A DNA stretch of 64,000 bases from NCBI GenBank assembly GCA_038245295.1, contig JBBRSP010000027.1, positions 19,539-83,538 of the forward strand, in the 5' to 3' direction. This document shows positions 47,162 to 55,716 of this stretch, piece after piece. The stretch is from Candidatus Binatia bacterium. GTDB lineage: Bacteria > Desulfobacterota > Binatia > HRBIN30. Positions within the stretch are counted from its first letter, which is position 1. Every line of letters begins with the position of its first letter. The position numbers were made by a program, and so were the translations under genes. Below the pieces are notes generated by a model that was not told where the DNA came from, ran no database searches, and saw nothing but the letters and a program-made list of their open reading frames with translations.

Positions 47162-49330
47162 ATGCGCAGTCGTTGGTTACAGTGGGGGCTGCTCACGGCG
47201 ATTGGCCTGGGGCTTGGCTGTTGGGGTGATCGGGTTGCGTGGAGCGATCCGGCGCAGGGTATCTTCCTCGGGTTTCGATGGTGGGTGGCGGCGATCCTGG
47301 TCCTCGGCGTCGCCGCCGTGCGACTGCCGAGCGATTCGACGGCAACCAGGTTGCCGTGGTCGGCGCGCGACACCCTGGCCTTGATCGTCGTATTCGTCGT
47401 CTCGGCAGCATTCCGCCTGTGGCGCATCGGCGAGTATCCGCCGCCGGCGCGCTTCGGCTTCGAAGAACTACAAGCGGGCGGGTTGGCGTACCGCTGGATG
47501 CTCGGTCAGTGTTATCCGCTCGAGTTCCCGCTGACCAATTTCCTGCCGAGCCTCAGCTTCCGGCTCTTTGGTCTCAGCGGCCCGGCACTGCGCCTCCCAT
47601 TCGTGCTCAGTGGAATCATCGCGCCGCCGTTGTTGTTCCTGGCGCTGCGTCGCATCGTGACGTGGCCTGCGGCCTTTGCCGCGGCGCTGCTGTTGGCGGT
47701 GTGCCGATGGGCCGCTGTCTGCGCTCGCTTCTCGGATGAAAGCTTCCTGCCAATATCCCTGGTCGCCGGCGGCGCCTGGCTGGCAATCGTTGTGGTGCAA
47801 ACCCGCCGCGGCTGGGCCGCCTGGGCCCTGGGTATCCTCTGCGGCATGCTCTTTTATGAGTACACCGGGTATCGCGGCTACCCGCTGGTCGGTTTGATGG
47901 TGGCCGGCCTCGGTTGTCTGCGCGGCCTCAAACGGCACACGTTGTCGGGCGTCGCGATCGGCTGTTTCATCACACTGCTCGCCGCCTGGTTCGTGTGGAT
48001 CGGCGCCGGCGCGGTGCAAACCATCGCCGGGCACGGCGGCGTCTTCATCGAGGCGCTGCAACGGCACTCCGTGAACAGCGCCGAGATGGCACAGGCCGAG
48101 GGCGTCAGCAGTGGGCTTGCGTTGCAGGTTGCCCGTCTCGGCGAGCGGCTGCGTGAAGGGCTCGGGTTGTTTCTGTTTCAGGGCGATGCGGTCGCCTGGT
48201 ACAACATTCCAAACGATCCGCTGTACGATCCGGTGTCCGCCATCCTCTGCTTTGGCGCCGTGCTTTGGGTTGTCATCCGGCGTCCGCCTTGGGGCTGGAG
48301 CGCCGTCACACTGTTTGTCATTCCCTTCTTCCTTGCCTCGTTGATTCCAACCAATTTCGCGCCGCAGCGCTACTTTGTGTTTGTCGTGCCGATGTTTGCG
48401 CTCGTCGCGTTTGTCTTTGATGATCTGTTGCGCCTGCGCCGTGCCGGGACGGTCGCCGTCGTCGTCCTGGTTGCCATCTGCGCCTTTCTGAACGCCAGAA
48501 AGCTGCAGGCCCTCATCGACGACAAGGCGATCTACATCGCCTTCCTCGATGCCGAAAACGAAGTGCTCGAGAGTATCGGCGACATGCCGCGCGGGGCGCG
48601 CGCTGTGCTCATTAGTCGCGAAGCCAGCAACGCCTTCGAGCCGTCGGACTACAACTGGCTGTCGCAACGCGTCAGCGGCAAGCGACCGCATTCGGTCACC
48701 GAAGCATTGACCGTCAACGTCGAGCCCGATCAGCCGGTGTACTGGATCGTTCAAGGCGACCTCGAGGTCGACGCGCTTTCACGTCTGGTCGAGTCCGTCT
48801 GTCCGGCAAATCCGCTGGTGCGCAAGCCGTCGATGGGTCCATGGGAAACCGTCGGCTATGTCTCGACGCCTTCGTCCTTGGCGTGCAAGCCTCCCAACGG
48901 ACTCGGCCTCAAGGCCCGCTACGTGATCACGCGGGCGGACGGGTCCGAGGAGGTACGCGAGCAGTTCGACGCCATCCTGGCGGCGTTCACGATCGATTGG
49001 GCGGTGGGTGGCAAACTCGATACCGGCGACTTCAAGAACCTCACTGTCGAATGGAGTGGCCGCATCCAGTTCCCGAAGCCCGGCAAGTACGTCGTCGGAC
49101 TCGAGCCTTGGGGGGCCGCAGCACACGCCCGCATCGGCGACGTGGATCTGACTTCTGTGGCGGAGCCAGGGCTGTGGAAAAATGCCGAAGTCTCTGTGGA
49201 CGTTGGCGAGGCGGCGCTACCGATCAAGCTTTCCCTACAGGCCAAGCAGTATCCGCGCATTCGCCTCACCTGGCACGCCGAGGGCGAGCCGCGAGCCTTG
49301 ATTCCAGCCCAGGCCCTGCTGCCCGAGTAA
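47162..49330 (+). CDS. ArnT/PMT (GT39/GT83)-like membrane glycosyltransferase with C-terminal PA14-like beta domain
   Basis: Many TM helices; FRLW...FEE, LFG...ALRLP, QRY motifs; C-terminal VEWSGRIQFPKPGKY. Confidence 0.65.
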   Translation: MRSRWLQWGLLTAIGLGLGCWGDRVAWSDPAQGIFLGFRWWVAAILVLGVAAVRLPSDSTATRLPWSARDTLALIVVFVVSAAFRLWRIGEYPPPARFGFEELQAGGLAYRWMLGQCYPLEFPLTNFLPSLSFRLFGLSGPALRLPFVLSGIIAPPLLFLALRRIVTWPAAFAAALLLAVCRWAAVCARFSDESFLPISLVAGGAWLAIVVVQTRRGWAAWALGILCGMLFYEYTGYRGYPLVGLMVAGLGCLRGLKRHTLSGVAIGCFITLLAAWFVWIGAGAVQTIAGHGGVFIEALQRHSVNSAEMAQAEGVSSGLALQVARLGERLREGLGLFLFQGDAVAWYNIPNDPLYDPVSAILCFGAVLWVVIRRPPWGWSAVTLFVIPFFLASLIPTNFAPQRYFVFVVPMFALVAFVFDDLLRLRRAGTVAVVVLVAICAFLNARKLQALIDDKAIYIAFLDAENEVLESIGDMPRGARAVLISREASNAFEPSDYNWLSQRVSGKRPHSVTEALTVNVEPDQPVYWIVQGDLEVDALSRLVESVCPANPLVRKPSMGPWETVGYVSTPSSLACKPPNGLGLKARYVITRADGSEEVREQFDAILAAFTIDWAVGGKLDTGDFKNLTVEWSGRIQFPKPGKYVVGLEPWGAAAHARIGDVDLTSVAEPGLWKNAEVSVDVGEAALPIKLSLQAKQYPRIRLTWHAEGEPRALIPAQALLPE

Positions 49331-49346
49331 GAACTCCGGGCCGTGG

Positions 49347-50099
49347 CTAGTTGCCGCGCGAACGCAGCGTCAGATGGTGGATGCTGACCGGGTCCGGCTG
49401 CGACAACTGGAAGAGAATCGCCCGCGCCGCGTCGTCCGCCGTGAGCATGGGGGTATCGCGACGCAGCAAACCCAACTTTTCCCAGCTCTGCACGGCGGCC
49501 GGCATGACGCTGCGATCAAAGCTCGAGGCGAAATCGGTGCCGGCGATGTTGTGGACTTCCAGCGTCATGACGCGCACGCCGTGCGGTGTCACCTCGCAAC
49601 GCAAGCCGTTCGACAACGTGTGGATGGCGGCTTTTGTAGCGGCGTACACGGAGAGATAGGGCCAGGCCTCGTGGGCGCTGGCCGAGGTGACGTTGAGGAT
49701 CGAACCGCGGCGTTGCGGAATCATGTGCCGCAGCGCCGCCCGGCAGCCGCTCAGGACACCGAGTAGATTCGTCTCGATCGTCGCGCGCCACTCTTCGGTC
49801 TGCCCGTCGGCGATCGTCCGCACGACCCCATAGGCGGCGTTGTTGACAATGGCGTCGAGTCTTCCGAAACGCTCGACGGCCGTGTCGACGAGGCGCTCGA
49901 CGTCGCCCTCGCGACGCATGTCGGTGACGGAATAGGCCGCCGCACTGCCGATCTGGTCACACACGGCGCGCAGTTTGGCCTCGCGCCGCGCCCCCAGCAC
50001 GACGCATGCTCCGCTTGCCGCCAGCAAACGCGCACTCGCGGCGCCAATTCCAGACGAAGCGCCGGTGATGACGACAACCGATCCATCCAACGATGACAT
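49347..50099 (-). CDS. Short-chain dehydrogenase/reductase
   Basis: TGASSGIG, NNA, YAATK. Confidence 0.92.
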   Translation of the reverse strand: MSSLDGSVVVITGASSGIGAASARLLAASGACVVLGARREAKLRAVCDQIGSAAAYSVTDMRREGDVERLVDTAVERFGRLDAIVNNAAYGVVRTIADGQTEEWRATIETNLLGVLSGCRAALRHMIPQRRGSILNVTSASAHEAWPYLSVYAATKAAIHTLSNGLRCEVTPHGVRVMTLEVHNIAGTDFASSFDRSVMPAAVQSWEKLGLLRRDTPMLTADDAARAILFQLSQPDPVSIHHLTLRSRGN

Positions 50100-50194
50100 G
50101 CGGCGCGGTGTACCGTACCGGTGGCGAACTGGTCAACCGAGCAGGTCTCGGGAATAAGTGGGGTCATTTTCTCGGAACAAGGTGTAGATTCTAA

Positions 50195-50446
50195 CTCCCC
50201 CCTCCCACCATGAATGAGGATCCACAGACTGTGGGAGAGGGTTAGGGTGAGGGTTCGGTCTGCGGATCCAGCGAGCCCAGCCGCGGCCCTCAGCCGGGTG
50301 CGCAAGTAAATTCGACGATCAACAGCGCTCAGCTCACCGCAGGCTGAAGCCTGCGGAGTCCTCCAACGCGAATTGCCGTGCAAATCTCCCTCACCCCGAC
50401 CCTCTCCCACCGATCGACAAATCCATTCAACGTGGGACAGGGGGAG
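50195..50446. repeat. Inverted pair of CCCTCACCCCGACCCTCTCCC-type REP-like repeats enclosing a CCGCAGGCTGAAGCCTGCGG palindrome
   Basis: GTGGGAGAGGGTTAGGGTGAGGG (50231-50253) / CCCTCACCCCGACCCTCTCCCAC (50388-50410). Confidence 0.75.
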
Positions 50447-50563
50447 CTTGGTTTCCAGCAACGCGGGGGCACTGAGCTCATGGGCACTCGGTTCAAATGA
50501 TTCGACTACCGTCTCCGGCCACTACGGTTCCCAGCCGGGGGGCCGGCGTGTTAATCAACCCAA

Positions 50564-52147
50564 ATGCTTCCTGCTCCGACTCTCGGCGAGCTCCTGCGGG
50601 CGGCGGCGCGTGAGGCTCCCGCCGCCGAGGCCTTCCGCTATCGCGACGAGTCGTTGTCGTATGAAGACTGGGATGAGCTCAGCGATCTGCTCGGTGGCGC
50701 CTTGTATCGACGCGGCGTGCGCCCGGGGGACGTCGTGGCATTGCTGCTGCCGTCGACGCCGCTGTATCTCGTTGCGTATCTCGCCGCGGCACGTATCGGC
50801 GCGGTGACCGCCGGCATCAATGCGCGTTATCGCCGGACAGAAATCGGACACATCCTGCGGCGCTCCGGCGCCAAGGTCCTGATCGCTGTCGACGCCTGGC
50901 ATGACGCCGACTTCCGCGCCGCCGTCGAGACCGAACACTCAGCCTTTCCCGAATTGCGAGAAATCGCCTGGGTGTCGGCCGCCGAGCTGCAACGCGGCAC
51001 TCGGGCGCTGGTTGAGGCACGCTTCAACGTGTCGTCGGGCGACGCCGAGGCTTTGCCACCGGATGCCGTTGAGCCCGATGATGCGGCGGCGATTATCTTT
51101 ACCAGTGGCACGACAGGCATCCCGAAGGGTGCCTGGTACACCCACCGCAACCTGCTCGCCCTCGCCGCGATCGATACGCGCCGCTACCGCGGCGGTGCAA
51201 TTCCATTTCGCAAACATCTGGCCGCCGGCCTGTCGTTTGCCCACATCGGTACGATGGCGCGCATCGCCATTCAGATCGGTCACACCGGCATGTCGATCAT
51301 CCACGACAGCTTCGATCCGGCCGCCGTACTGGCCGAGATCGAGCGTGAACGGCTGCAGCATCTCGGCGGCATTCCGACGCAGATTCTGATGCTGCTTGAT
51401 CACCCCGAGCGGGCTAAACACGACATCTCGTCGCTGCGTACGGTTCTGCTCGGCGGGGCGCCGTCGTCGCCGAGTCTGATTCGGCGCGTCCAGCAGGAGC
51501 TCGGCGTGACCATCAGTATTCGCTACTCGTCCACCGAAGTTGGAATCGCCACGGCGTCTTTGCCGGAAGACTCGGCGGAGACGCTGTGTGCCACGGTCGG
51601 TAAGGCAACGGAAGGCGTGGAGCTGCGCATCGTCGATGCCGAAGATCAACCGTTGCCGGTGGGGGAGGTTGGTCGTGTGGCCGTGCGCTCGCCGGCCACC
51701 ATGCGCGGCTACTGGCGCGACCCCGAAGCCACGGCGGCGACCATCGATACAAACGGTTGGATTCGCACCGGTGACCTCGGCTTCCTGGATGCCGAGGAAT
51801 ACCTGCATTTGCGCGGGCGCGAGAGCGAGATGTTCATTCGTGGCGGCTACAACGTTTATCCGGCCGAGGTGGAAGATCGCCTCGCCAAACATCCGCAGGT
51901 GGCGCGCGCCGCCGTGCTCGGGGTGCCGCACGATAAGTGGGGCGAAGCGGGGTGGGCGTATATCGTGCCGCGATCGAAAGACGATGTGCCGAAGCTTGAC
52001 GATCTGCGCCGCTTCGTTGGCACCGAGTTGGCGAGCTTCAAGCGGCCGGATGGAATCACCATCGTCAGCGAGTTGCCGCTGACCCCGATGTTCAAAGTCG
52101 ACAAACGCGCCCTGCGCGCGCAGCACCAAGCGGGAGGACCAGCATGA
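50564..52147 (+). CDS. Acyl-CoA synthetase (AMP-forming)
   Basis: FTSGTTGIPKG, YSSTE, RTGDLG, GGYNVYPAEVE, KVDK. Confidence 0.92.
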   Translation: MLPAPTLGELLRAAAREAPAAEAFRYRDESLSYEDWDELSDLLGGALYRRGVRPGDVVALLLPSTPLYLVAYLAAARIGAVTAGINARYRRTEIGHILRRSGAKVLIAVDAWHDADFRAAVETEHSAFPELREIAWVSAAELQRGTRALVEARFNVSSGDAEALPPDAVEPDDAAAIIFTSGTTGIPKGAWYTHRNLLALAAIDTRRYRGGAIPFRKHLAAGLSFAHIGTMARIAIQIGHTGMSIIHDSFDPAAVLAEIERERLQHLGGIPTQILMLLDHPERAKHDISSLRTVLLGGAPSSPSLIRRVQQELGVTISIRYSSTEVGIATASLPEDSAETLCATVGKATEGVELRIVDAEDQPLPVGEVGRVAVRSPATMRGYWRDPEATAATIDTNGWIRTGDLGFLDAEEYLHLRGRESEMFIRGGYNVYPAEVEDRLAKHPQVARAAVLGVPHDKWGEAGWAYIVPRSKDDVPKLDDLRRFVGTELASFKRPDGITIVSELPLTPMFKVDKRALRAQHQAGGPA

Positions 52148-53091
52148 GCTCGTTGAAGGGCAAACGGATTGCCGTGACCGGAGCGACTGGCTTTGTCGGT
52201 CGCTACATCGTCGATGTCCTGTTGAAGCGCGGCGCCAGCGTGATCGGCGTTGTGCGCAATCCCGATCGTGTTCCAGAGCTGCGCGACAAGGGTGTCGAGC
52301 TGCGCCGTGCCGACTTACGTGAACCGGAGGCACTGCAAGCCGGCTTCGAGGGTAGCGATGCCATCGTCTCCAACGCCGCGCTGTTCGCGGTCAGCAAGAT
52401 GGTCTCCTTCGACCGCGGCTTGTGGGACGAGCATGAGCGTACGAATGTCGAAGGCACAACCAACGTGATGCGAGCCGCGGCGGCGGCGGGCGTGCACCGT
52501 GTGGTGCATGTCTCGTCCGTGGCCGTCTACAGGAACACCTTTGCCCGCCATGGCACCGAAGAACTGGGGCAGTTGAACGAGCTCAGTTGGCGCACGCCGA
52601 TGAACGCCTACCAGATTTCCAAGGCACTCTCCGAGCAGGCAGCGTGGAAACTGGCCAAGGAACTCGGACTGCAACTGACGACGGTGCGCCCGTGCACGAT
52701 CTACGGCGCCTTCGATCCCAACTTTACGCCCATCGTCAAGCGCTGGTTGTCGATGGCCTGGGTGCCGTTCCCGACCATGTTGCGCCTACCGCTCGTCTAC
52801 GCCGGCGACGTTGCCGAAGCGATCGCGCTGGCACTCGAGAAACCGGCCTCCATTGGCAAAGCATACAACACCACCGGCGAGGATCTCGACATCGGCGAGT
52901 TCGTCAACGCGTGGGCCGAGGCCGGCGGCACGTTGAACGCGGCGCGATTGCCGTTTCCATTGCCGGCCGTACAGTCGTTCGACCACAGTCGCGCCACCAA
53001 GGAGCTGGGCTGGAGAAATCGCCCCTACGTCGAGACGCTGCGCGAGACCTTTGCGCTCGAGCGTGCCGACCGACCTGTAAGTCCGAGCTAA
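52144..53091 (+). CDS. NAD-dependent epimerase/dehydratase (extended SDR)
   Basis: TGATGFVG, SSVAVY, YQISK, RPCTIYG. ATGA overlap with the ligase. Confidence 0.88.
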   Translation: MSSLKGKRIAVTGATGFVGRYIVDVLLKRGASVIGVVRNPDRVPELRDKGVELRRADLREPEALQAGFEGSDAIVSNAALFAVSKMVSFDRGLWDEHERTNVEGTTNVMRAAAAAGVHRVVHVSSVAVYRNTFARHGTEELGQLNELSWRTPMNAYQISKALSEQAAWKLAKELGLQLTTVRPCTIYGAFDPNFTPIVKRWLSMAWVPFPTMLRLPLVYAGDVAEAIALALEKPASIGKAYNTTGEDLDIGEFVNAWAEAGGTLNAARLPFPLPAVQSFDHSRATKELGWRNRPYVETLRETFALERADRPVSPS

Positions 53092-53149
53092 CGTGTTGCC
53101 GATGCGAGCCTGCCGGTAGCCCGCGACTCCCGCGACCGATCTAAGCGCG

Positions 53150-53363
53150 CGAGTACCTCGGTCCTAGCGCCTCGAACGCCAACTAAACGTTCGATTGCAG
53201 CGGTTCCGGGTCCTTGGGCCGCGCTACTTCAGCGATTACCTCGGTGCCTAGGACCTTGGACCCGTCGAAGCGCGCGATGACATCGGTTCCTGGGCCTCCG
53301 CCCCCGTTATAGTTGTTGCAGCGATTACATCGGTGCCCTGGACCCGGCTACCGATGTAGTCGC
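53150..53363. repeat. Five degenerate direct repeats with ~42-bp period plus one inverted copy
   Basis: Core CGATTAC(A/C)TCGGT at 53150, 53192, 53233, 53275, 53322; inverted ACCGATGTAGTCGC at 53350-53363. Confidence 0.7.
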
Positions 53364-53485
53364 AGATTTTGCGGCTTCCAACTTACGCAGCCAACAACCC
53401 ACCGCCGCCCATGTCCATCGCCAAATAATGCCACCCGAGGCGGACCCTCCGATCAGATACCGACATCCGTTTGGATGACGTCCGC

Positions 53486-53864
53486 GTCATCAGTGCACCG
53501 TTACGCCGGCAGTTGGAGCGCGTCCGGGCACTGCATGAACAGGACTTGGCGGCGGGCTGTGCCGGCGTGTACCTTGCTGACGCTCTCGATCGCAAGTATC
53601 CGAACGCCGGGCGTGAACTCGCCTGGCAGTGGGTGTTTGCCGCGGCAGGGTTTTCGAGTGCCCCTCGCTCCGGCGTTCTCCGCCGCCACCACGCCGACGA
53701 GTCCGTGCGGCAACGCGCTGTCCGGCAGGCATCGCGCGACGCCGGGATCGCGCGCCGCGTCGGCTCACACTCTTCTCCGCCACAGTGTCGCCACACATTT
53801 GCTGGAGGCAGGCTACGACATACGAACCATCCAGGAGCTCCTGGGGCACGAGGACGTGACAACG
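53486..53864 (+). pseudogene. intI: Integron integrase remnant (5'- and 3'-truncated, frameshifted)
   Basis: IntI-specific patch [19 protein letters not shown] and RRHH; extra base near 53773; then [30 protein letters not shown]. Homology stops before the catalytic Tyr. Confidence 0.88.
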
Positions 53865-54025
53865 AAAGCGACAACCAAATCCTTACCACGGCGGGGAAAC
53901 AGCGCAGGTGCCAAGGATGACGGCATGCGAGAGACGACAGTTAGGCCAGGACACATTTCGGGGCACGAAGCAGTGTTCGGCGGGTGGCTCCATCGCGAGA
54001 TCGCGACCACAAAAGGAAGGTGCAC

Positions 54026-54511
54026 CACGAAGAGCACGACGCGGGCCTTGCTTGCAATCCACCGCAAGCAGGCAATTCGCGGAGGGCACGGGACGGGTAT
54101 TGCCACAGATGAATGGGATAAACACAGATAGTTTGCCAACAGCTAGGGGCCGCGATGCAGGCCGCAGGCCTGCATCTGTGCATCTGTGTTCATCTGCGTT
54201 CATCCGTGGCAATGAAACCGCACGGTGGTTTCAATCGCTCTAGATCATCGCGCGCCGCGACGAATTCGAACGTAACTAATATACGAAGACAGAGAGTTGA
54301 AACAGGGATCTTCAGGCGGCTCAGCCCTTCGTATTACTGACGTTCGAATTCGTCGCAGGACGCGCGATTTAGCAGGATGGACAGGATATACAGGATGAAC
54401 ACGACAAGAGCGCGTTCCCTGTTCCATCCTGTTTATCCTCTCCATCCTGTTGAATTCGTTCTGCGGGGTGTCGGTTGGGTTGCGGGCGAAGCCGGCGTCG
54501 TGGTCTTCGTG
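54026..54511. repeat. Nested inverted repeats: an outer pair enclosing three unrelated hairpins
   Basis: Outer CACGAAGAGCACGACG / CGTCGTGGTCTTCGTG; inner hairpins 54099-54213, 54247-54368, 54373-54449. Confidence 0.75.
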
Positions 54512-54563
54512 TCCTTCGCGGTGTCATCTCTTCGGTGGCGACTGAACCAACGAGACCGCCGGG

Positions 54564-54674
54564 GCCGGACAGACGGCTGCAGTCGACGGCGGGCCGCTTG
54601 CTCGCTTTGATCGCCCTTGCTTCGAATGGAGGGCGGTGGAAATTCGCCGCCGCGCCTGAGCCGGGGCGTTCGGC
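54564..54674 (+). other. attC site (integron cassette recombination site)
   Basis: R'' GCCGGAC, L'' GCTGCAGTCGACGGCG, central stem, L' CGCCGCGCCTGAGC, R' GTTCGGC. Confidence 0.7.
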
Positions 54675-54717
54675 TTCTGGAGCGATCCGAGCGAAGGTTT
54701 TTTACGGAGAGTGAAAC

Positions 54718-54939
54718 ATGATTCAGACGATCGAGGCGGTCATCGACGAGCAAGGCAACGTCCGATTGCTGGAGCCGGTCCGGCTGGCAGAAACGCGCCG
54801 CGCCCTCGTTACGATTCTCGAAGAGCAGCCGCCGGCGGGCACTTCTGAGACGGCGCTCCTTACCGAGCAGGCGCTTGGCGAGGATTGGAATAGACCGGAG
54901 GAGGACGAGGCGTGGTCGCACCTGCAGCCGGTGCGCTAG
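54718..54939 (+). CDS. Putative antitoxin (DUF104/AF2212-like N-terminus, WxxPEEDEAW C-terminus)
   Basis: IEAVIDEQG...LLEP; GGAG RBS; overlaps the downstream PemK-like gene. Confidence 0.75.
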   Translation: MIQTIEAVIDEQGNVRLLEPVRLAETRRALVTILEEQPPAGTSETALLTEQALGEDWNRPEEDEAWSHLQPVR

Positions 54940-55259
54940 TGCTCGTCCGATTTCCGTTTTTGGATCTGTCACAAACGAAGGTGCCCCCAGCTGTTGTCCT
55001 CGCCGACGCTGGTCGTGGTGACTGCATCCTCTGTCAGATCACGAGCCAACCATACGGCGACGCCAGCGCGATCGAACTCGACAATATCGCCTTTGCCTCC
55101 AGCTCTCTGCGCGTCATCAGCTACGCTCGCCCGGCCAAACTCTTCACCGCGAATCGGAACCTGATCACAGCGCAGGTTGGCAATCTGAAGCCAAGTGCTC
55201 TGCATGGTATTGCTCAAGCGTGGCCGACATCATCAACGCCGGGAAGGCGCCGTGAGTAG
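54912..55259 (+). pseudogene. PemK/MazF-family toxin, probably inactivated
   Basis: VLVRFPF.DL..TKVPPAVV (KxRP Arg replaced by Pro), CQITS. Apparent 1-bp deletion near 55220. Confidence 0.65.
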
Positions 55260-55264
55260 CGCCG

Positions 55265-55292
55265 GCCGAACCAGCCCGCTGGAACCGACGGC
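55265..55292 (+). other. Left half of a decayed attC site closing the toxin-antitoxin cassette
   Basis: GCCGAAC followed by CAGCCCGCTGGAACCGACGGC; GCCGAAC is complementary to the upstream GTTCGGC. Right half not recognisable. Confidence 0.5.
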
Positions 55293-55716
55293 TGGTGCGA
55301 GATCGAGCGCGCCTTCGAACTCATAGCGCTTGAGCCAGCGGTGGGTGCCGAGCCATCCACCATTATCGGCCGGAGCCCGAGAGCCAAATCCAATCTCCTC
55401 GAATCCGCGATTCGAACCGACCCCGAGAAGGCGGTCCTGCCGAAAATTCGCAATAAAATCAGGGTGCGGAGCCAGCCGATCGCGCCGGAAAGCCAAAAAA
55501 CGTTGAGTTTGTGTACGTAGGTAGACTCATTCTGACCGGCGCGACGCGATCCTGGGGCTTCCTGGTGCGTCTGGTGCGGCGGTCGAGTTTGCGAAATGCC
55601 ATGTTTGCGGGCCCGGCCTGAGGCGACGGGAACTTGGCGGTGACGGATGCCCCCGTGCGTCATACGGTCGGGCAGGGTAGAACCTCCACCGCAATGCCCG
55701 TCACGAAGAGGTTGTC

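Noticed and set aside
53178..53196. attI-like AACTAAACGTTCGAT, and also GTTAGGC at 53940
   Set aside because: Seven-base cores occur by chance and no supporting attI or attC structure could be established.
53150..53363. CRISPR array
   Set aside because: Repeats are too degenerate, the variable parts are only about 12-20 bp and partly similar to each other, and there are no cas genes. Kept only as an unexplained array.
53313..54131. Intact 272-aa integrase ORF from the track
   Set aside because: Only a short internal stretch is IntI-like. Homology is split over two frames and lacks the N-terminus and catalytic Tyr.
55490..55530. Possible IS end (GAGTTTGTGTACG)
   Set aside because: No partner inverted repeat or transposase remnant identified.
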